Assembly: GCF_006345805.1 (NCBI RefSeq)
Contig: NW_021825089.1
Coordinates: forward strand, 1-16,927
Length of the DNA stretch: 16,927 nt
Reading direction: 5' to 3'
Source: Octopus sinensis
Lineage: Eukaryota
Below, in pieces: positions 10,117 to 16,927 of this stretch (the stretch's first letter is position 1; each line of letters starts with the position of its first letter). The notes beneath the pieces are model-generated. The model saw only the letters and a list, made by a program, of their open reading frames with translations. It was not told the origin of the DNA and made no database searches. Made by a program: the position numbers and the translations under genes.

Positions 10117-10117
<1 letters not shown>

Positions 10118-10174
<57 letters not shown>

Positions 10175-10262
10175 TATATATATACATACATACATACATA
10201 CGTACATACATACATACATACATACATAATACATACAAATAGATAGATAAATAGATAGATAT
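10118..10262. repeat. (TA)n/(TACA)n/(TAGA)n microsatellite
   Basis: Simple repeats read directly from the sequence. Confidence 0.92.
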
Positions 10263-10346
10263 AAGCTAAAACGGTCCGAAGTTTGGGAACGTGAAAGTCC
10301 GAGTAACAGTTTTTCGTGATGTCATACCAGTTTTTTTTAATAAAGT

Positions 10347-10394
10347 GTATATATATATATATGTATGTTATGTATATATATATATACACACATA

Positions 10395-10456
<62 letters not shown>

Positions 10457-10500
10457 ATATATATATATATACAACATATATATATCATATATATATATGC
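10347..10500. repeat. (TA)n microsatellite
   Basis: Simple repeats read directly from the sequence. Confidence 0.92.
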
Positions 10501-11052
10501 ATAGTCGTGTGCATATATGTGCATGTTACTTTATATGTGTATATGTACATCCTTTATAATACAGATGTTTTTACATGAATACATACATATTTGCGCGTGT
10601 ATGAATGTGTACACAAATACACATACACCCACGCACGTATATGTTTTACGACATTTCTTTGGCTAGACTATTTGAAGTAACAATAGAAATACGCACGCGC
10701 ACACACATACACACATACACACACACAAATATACATTCACATAAGTTTGTAATTATGTATGTATGCATGTATGTATGTAAGTATGTATATATGTATGTAT
10801 ATGCACACACACACACACACATGGACACAGAGACAGAGAAATACTTGTATGAATTTGTATGGGCGGATATGTATACACAACACTGCGGCTAACATACTAA
10901 AAGACGAGGCAGTACACGTAATTAATGGCTCTAATCTTCAGAGTCAGAAAGCGGAGCATGTAGTGCATGTATAGTAATGAAAAACAGATATTTAGATACC
11001 AGCGCTGCGTACGTTCTTTTATTCTTGTATTCTTGTATTCTTGTATTTGTTC

Positions 11053-11145
11053 TAGTCATTTGACTGCGGTCATGCGGGAGCACCGCCTTTAAGTCGAGCA
11101 AATCGACCCCCAAGACTTATTCTTTGTAAGCCTTGTAACTTATTC
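11053..11145 (-). mobile_element. SINE body/3-prime fragment (Octopus-type)
   Basis: AGTCATTTGACTGCGG...AGCACCGCCTTT...AAATCGACCCC...ACTTATTC resembles a common octopus SINE as I recall it. ATCGACCCC is also present at 6815-6823. It is preceded by a short (ATTCTTGT)3 tail-like repeat. Confidence 0.55.
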
Positions 11146-11199
11146 GAGAAACTGAAGAGGTGTCTAGTTCACGCTAGACATGAAGCCAATGCTGTTCTC
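11146..11199 (+). ncRNA. Hammerhead-like motif, variant core (GAAG; G15.1:C16.1)
   Basis: GAGAAA-CTGAAGA-G-[GTGTCTAG ttcacg CTAGACAT]-GAAG-CCAATGCT-GTTCTC. It has an 8-bp stem II and a 5-bp stem I (GAGAA/TTCTC), but GAAG in place of GAAA and no NUH triplet. Confidence 0.4.
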
Positions 11200-11213
11200 T
11201 AAACTGTTACGTT

Positions 11214-11590
<377 letters not shown>

Positions 11591-11668
11591 ATAATAAATA
11601 TTAGGAATAAATCTAAATTTACAGGGAAAAATCAGATTAGGATTGAATCCAATTTTATAGTAAATATA

Positions 11669-11891
11669 ATATAATATTAATTAGAGACAAAACACTATTA
11701 TGCAAATCACACAAAGAAAGACTTATCCAATACATAAAAAATTTTATATAAAATTAATATAATTAAGATTAATTATTCTTTGTAATTATATTTAATTAAT
11801 TTTTAATTTATATAAAAAATTTTATGTATTGATTAAGTCTTTCTTTGTTTGATTTGCATAATAGTGGTTTTGTCTCTAATTAATATTATAT
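11669..11891. repeat. Long inverted repeat (arms about 88 bp, spacer about 46 bp)
   Basis: 11669-11756 is the reverse complement of about 11803-11891, with about 5 mismatches and 2 single-base indels. Confidence 0.95.
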
Positions 11892-11897
11892 ATACAA

Positions 11898-11938
<41 letters not shown>

Positions 11939-11970
11939 GTGTGTGTGTATGTTGTATGTATGTATGTATG

Positions 11971-12001
<31 letters not shown>

Positions 12002-12092
12002 TATTATATATAATATATAAAGATGTATATATATATACATACGTATACATACGTATATATGTATATGTATGTATATATTATATGTGTGTGTG
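11892..12092. repeat. (TA)n/(TATG)n/(TG)n microsatellite
   Basis: Simple repeats read directly from the sequence. Confidence 0.92.
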
Positions 12093-12346
12093 TTGAAGAG
12101 TGTTAATAATGCAGTAGTTGTTCATATCTGAAGTGAGTTTGTACTATATCATACAGACTTAGTGCTATTAGTTTTGGTTTTGTGCGCTTGTACCACGCTC
12201 TCACAAGGCGTTTTAACTGCCTACATAATCCTGAATTGCCGTAAGTGCCATATCTAACGTTCTCCGCTTGATCGAGTGAATCATCGTGAAAGTGTCAGCC
12301 GTTAGGAGAGAGGGTTACACAGGCAGTTGGCTGGTTGTCATTTATA

Positions 12347-12452
12347 ACTGAGTAGACAGGAACAATGTGAAATGAAGTACGTTGCTCAAGGACGCAATGC
12401 ATTGCTTTTAACAGGAAACAAACTTATGAATATGTTATTGAGAGTCCAACAC
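12347..12452 (-). mobile_element. Degenerate tRNA-type SINE fragment
   Basis: GTGAAATGAAGT...TTGCTCAAGGAC...GAGTCCAACAC resembles a common mollusc/octopus SINE segment from memory; unverified. Confidence 0.45.
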
Positions 12453-12556
12453 TTTTTGGTGTGGAGTGGTTAACCTATTAAATCGATACAATACATAGCT
12501 TTACTTCGTTTCATCGATCTGGGAGGATGAGAAAAATTTCTGGGACCGGCCCGTCT

Positions 12557-12570
12557 TGACGTCACTTCCG
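12557..12570 (-). promoter_or_regulatory. ETS-CRE composite motif CGGAAGTGACGTCA
   Basis: Plus strand reads TGACGTCACTTCCG, an exact 14-bp overlap of a full CRE palindrome and an ETS core. Function is not shown. Confidence 0.3.
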
Positions 12571-12666
12571 TGTCTTGTTATTTTCGGATTCAACTCACAA
12601 CTTATGCATTTAGCGGGTAGGCCTAAGTATTCAATAATATCGAACCCACCTCTTGTCAGTTACTTA

Positions 12667-12707
12667 TTTTATCATCCCTTCAAAGATAAAAGGCAATATC
12701 GATCTCG
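12667..12707 (-). mobile_element. Degenerate SINE fragment related to 6812-6850
   Basis: AAGATAAAAGGCAATATCGATCTCG vs AGGATAAAAGGCAAAGTCGACCTCG, 21/25 identical. Confidence 0.5.
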
Positions 12708-12886
12708 AAAGATGTAAAGAGGCCTAACTTACATACAGCAAATATATATTGATTTCTAATAGAGACAGTAAGCCTCATATACTGCAAATACATTAATACA
12801 TTTCCTTATTTGATCACACTCTAAAAGCACATGAAAAGACCGAAAAGCCTAAATAAGGTGTTCAGCTGGAATATTCTTCAACTGCA

Positions 12887-13131
12887 TCTACTTAAAAAAA
12901 AAATAAATAAATAATGCGGGTCTTATTGTCTACGTTTTTGCCAAGTAATCTCGAAACCACGCACGCACACAAAAACAAATACATACAGACACAGGCGCAC
13001 CTATCTCTCTCCCCCTGTCTCTCTCTCTCTCTCTTTATTTTCTGAAACGTGCGTGTGTTTGTTGGAGGGGGCGTACTGGATTACTTGGCAAGAATGTAGA
13101 CAATAAGGCCCGCATTTTTCTTTGAAGTGGA
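12887..13131. mobile_element. MITE-like element with 38-bp core inverted repeats
   Basis: 12913-12950 vs 13079-13116 reverse complement match at 35/38. Probable outer extension TCTACTT / AAGTGGA with an (AAAT)n expansion on the left, and CA on both flanks. The interior is non-coding simple repeat. Confidence 0.7.
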
Positions 13132-13847
13132 CACAATTCACGAACCTTTCAATGAATACACACCCATCCATTACACTCTCCTACAAACACACATATGCAC
13201 TTATACGGTATTTTTATATGTGTAATGTGCGTATATATGTATGTGCGTATATATATATATCATACATGCACACACACTTAATATGTTTGTAAGAGCAAGA
13301 ACTGAACAAGAATAAAGCAATCCAGTAAAACAGTTCACACACGCACGCATATCCAAGACGCGCGAATATCTGATTTCTTACATCCTGTAAAAGCTGTGTT
13401 TGTACCATCTATTCTAAATAAATTTTATTTGCTATGGTAAACAGTCTCCATCTTCTTATGCACACCCGACACGCTAAAAGTGGTGACTCCGACGTAAGAA
13501 GACTCACCCGTTTACGACAGATACTTTAGCCTTCTGAGATGATGCATAGCATTTTACTCTGCTCAATCTAATCAAATAGACTTATTATTTGAGGTATACA
13601 ACCGCCACCATTTATCATTCTATCGGTATCAATTACTATATTATACAATGTTTAATTTTTTGCATCTAAAGACAATTGTGTGTGATTTGAGGTACATGAG
13701 GATGCTATTTCTATCAATTCGAATGACTGTGTTAAGGTTTCCTTCGATCATTTGGCTGAAGAGTTTATTCTGGTGTGAATTACTTTCCTTTAGGTGGTGT
13801 AATGTTTCAATCACTGTCTCTGAGCCTCATGTCGGTTTAATTATTCA

Positions 13848-14421
13848 AAGGATAGGAATGTTATCACGGCACATCATACAACACCAATGTAATAAACAAA
13901 ATGTGTGGTAAAAATGTTCTGCAAGCTCATCCATAAACGCTGCTCGGTCGGGGCAGAGATTCCCCCAGCTATTCAACGAGAACAACGTCAACGTTAGCTT
14001 TAGCTGTGCACGGAACATTCCAGCATTACAAAAAGTCGTACTGCAGGTATTCAACAGTAATGCCAACAAGTCTAAAAACCGACATACAACTGCTACAATA
14101 TAAACGCCTGCCGCATGAAAGCTAATTGCATTGAAAGAAAACATCTTTCATCGATGTACTCTCCAACAGCAAACAATTATATAGGGATGACAGAAAGTAA
14201 GTTTAAAAGTAGATCTAAAGCCCATCGATAAACTTTGCATTACTTTTCACAAAACAAAATATATAAATTCCGTAATGGTGTCGAAAAGTACATCCGTTAC
14301 TATTATAGCCAGTCATGTGATCAACTGCATGCACAAAACATCATCTATCTCAGATACCTGCCATCGACAACACTATCGACGACTTGAACAACCACATGAC
14401 CAAGCACGTCACGAGACATAA
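13848..14421 (+). pseudogene. Decayed Penelope-like element ORF relic (linker, Cys motif, GIY-YIG endonuclease)
   Basis: Collinear motifs across frameshifts: KDRNVI, SYNTNV, KMFCKLIHK, LFNENNVNVSFSCARNI (13969-14019), TYNCYNINACRMKANCIERK (from 14082), NIFHRCTL, YIGMTESKFKSRSKAH (14178-14225), KYINS..SK/YI, CD/CMHK, RHET-stop. This matches the PLE linker and endonuclease layout. Confidence 0.85.
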
Positions 14422-14487
14422 CATCAGTCTGCATGTATGTGTGTGGGAACATGGAGGTCACATGCATACCCACTCATAGGAGATATC

Positions 14488-14489
14488 GA

Positions 14490-14573
<84 letters not shown>

Positions 14574-14574
14574 A

Positions 14575-14609
<35 letters not shown>

Positions 14610-14622
14610 TAGATAGATAGAT

Positions 14623-14689
<67 letters not shown>

Positions 14690-14694
14690 CAGAC
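14488..14694. repeat. Compound (GATA)n/(GACA)n microsatellite
   Basis: About 50 tetranucleotide units in alternating GATA and GACA blocks. Confidence 0.98.
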
Positions 14695-14829
14695 TGAAAT
14701 ATATGTATTTATATAAATAGACTCGGACGCATGTTACAATATGTGCATTTATATACATATAGGCATACACACGCGCGTGCACACACACTCATATTCATGC
14801 ACATTTCTGCATATGTGTGTAATATATCT

Positions 14830-14832
14830 CTT

Positions 14833-14874
<42 letters not shown>

Positions 14875-14892
14875 ACTATCCCTCTCTCTCTC
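14830..14892. repeat. (TC)n microsatellite
   Basis: TC run read directly from the sequence. Confidence 0.92.
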
Positions 14893-15714
14893 TGAATATA
14901 TGTATACATTTATGCATGTGTTAATATGTGTATTGCATACAAGAATTTCTACACAATTGTACATTTTCCCTTTTTCCTACTATCGTTGCATACAGATGTT
15001 TGAGTGTGTGTGTGTCTATGCGTATGGTGTATATATATATTATATATATATATATATATATAATATATATATATATATGCATGTATGCATGTATGTGCTC
15101 GTCTGTGTGTGCTTATAAAGGATGTACACACATTTGTATCTATATACATAGTCTCATACGATTGCTATACGTGTGAACGTATACGTATCACATATGTTAA
15201 AAAATGTTGAACGTAAATAATATAAAATAAAATAAAATAAAATCTAATAAAAGAACGCAAAATGAAAAAAAATTACATTAAGATTTCGACATAGCTTCAA
15301 GTTCATATTTGTGTTTTCAACGTAAATCACTGGATAAAAATTACTTAAGATTCAACTACAAGAATTAGATTCGTTGCCGTTTCCACGAAATTTGACCCTG
15401 AATGAACTCAAAATGACTTGTCCCAAGTGTGTCTACTTCTAACAACGATTCACACATATTTCTCCGTCTTCTGTTTGTCGTTTGTTTTCGCACAAAATGG
15501 CGCTTTTACCAAGAGATTTACGTTTTCTTTATTTGCCTCTACAAACGTTCCTTTTGAATTTTCGTGTGTATTTCCATTCAGCTTCTAGCCACGCGGGCAC
15601 ACACACACAAACACACAGACGTACAAACACACATACAGATATTCTCGTACATTTTTCTATGTATAATTTTATAATATATGGTGTTCCCGCACATACTTAT
15701 ACACAAACATACAT

Positions 15715-15790
15715 GCACGCATATATATATATATATATATATGTATGTATATTTATATATATATGTATGTACGTATATATATGTATATAC

Positions 15791-15834
<44 letters not shown>

Positions 15835-16085
15835 TTATGCGTGATATGTGTGAATGTGTGTGTTTGTTTATGTACATAGAGAGAAAGAGAGAATGCACGT
15901 ATATTTGATATAGTACACGCATGCACACACATATATACATATACATACATACAACAATATATATACAATATATATATATATATATATATATATCTGTATA
16001 TATATATATATAATATATATTGTATGATATATATATACATGTATATATATTTATAAATATTAATATTATGAATGTGTAAGTATAT
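15715..16085. repeat. Compound (TA)n-rich microsatellite region
   Basis: Simple repeats read directly from the sequence. Confidence 0.88.
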
Positions 16086-16404
16086 TTATATCTCACAGGT
16101 TTTATTTTCATTTATATACACCTGTCTATCAAACGGTATCTTTTGCTGAGTAAATTAGACATTTATTGTATATATACATATACTAATAGTGAATTCGTGT
16201 AAGTGTGGGTGTGCCTGCATCTATGTGTTCTTAGGTGCATATATATATAAATATATATGTCTGTGTGTGTGTGTGTAAATGTACGTACTATGCTTTCGTG
16301 ACATTGTGTGCATGTGTGCATATGTGCATGTGTGCATATGTGCATGCGTCTACATGTTTGTATGTACATGAAGCTATAGCTGCATTCTACTTTACATCAC
16401 TAGA

Positions 16405-16442
16405 TACATATGCATATTATTTGTATATATATATATATATCT

Positions 16443-16473
<31 letters not shown>

Positions 16474-16486
16474 TGCATACATACAT

Positions 16487-16541
<55 letters not shown>

Positions 16542-16575
16542 ATATATATATAGTATGTATGTATGTATATATATC
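16405..16575. repeat. (TA)n/(TATATC)n microsatellite
   Basis: Simple repeats read directly from the sequence. Confidence 0.9.
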
Positions 16576-16927
16576 ATAATACACCTCCGATGCAATTATT
16601 AATCAGCTTCAGTAGTATTAATAATTTATATGTGTGTATATTTATTTAATATATTTCAGTACAACATAGAATATTATATGTCATAATAGAGAATTACTTT
16701 ATAATTTAATATAAATAATATCGTACTATATAACAACTACATATACTATCATCGCCTACGAAGCCGTGTGCACCAAATGGCTTCTCGGTATTCACACCGA
16801 TCATACTTCTCCAGAACATGTTACCTTGTTAATAATTATAAATAGGTTATAACTCCATGGAAGAATTGTCAGTTGTTTATTTCAGAAAGGAACCCATCTT
16901 CTCGTGAATGATATTATGTGGTATAAT

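Overview
AT-rich, microsatellite-dense eukaryotic DNA that is almost entirely repeat-derived. The SINE types and the (TA)n/(TATG)n density suggest a cephalopod (Octopus-like) genome; this is inference from recalled family sequences, not a database hit. I cannot support any intact protein-coding gene, and most supplied ORFs are read-throughs of microsatellites. The window contains: two decayed Penelope-like (PLE) GIY-YIG endonuclease relics (about 5105-5830 minus, 13848-14421 plus); a CR1/L2-type LINE RT fragment (8617-9243); three copies of a mariner-derived MITE; a second MITE with 38-bp inverted repeats; several tRNA-type SINE fragments; a 2x171-bp tandem duplication; and a roughly 220-bp palindrome. 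The most notable observations are three hammerhead-ribozyme-like motifs (1609-1674 minus is near-canonical), a 380-bp composite insert (4144-4523) that joins two nearby donor segments in circularly permuted order between TGAC direct repeats, and an exact 14-bp ETS-CRE composite motif (12557-12570).
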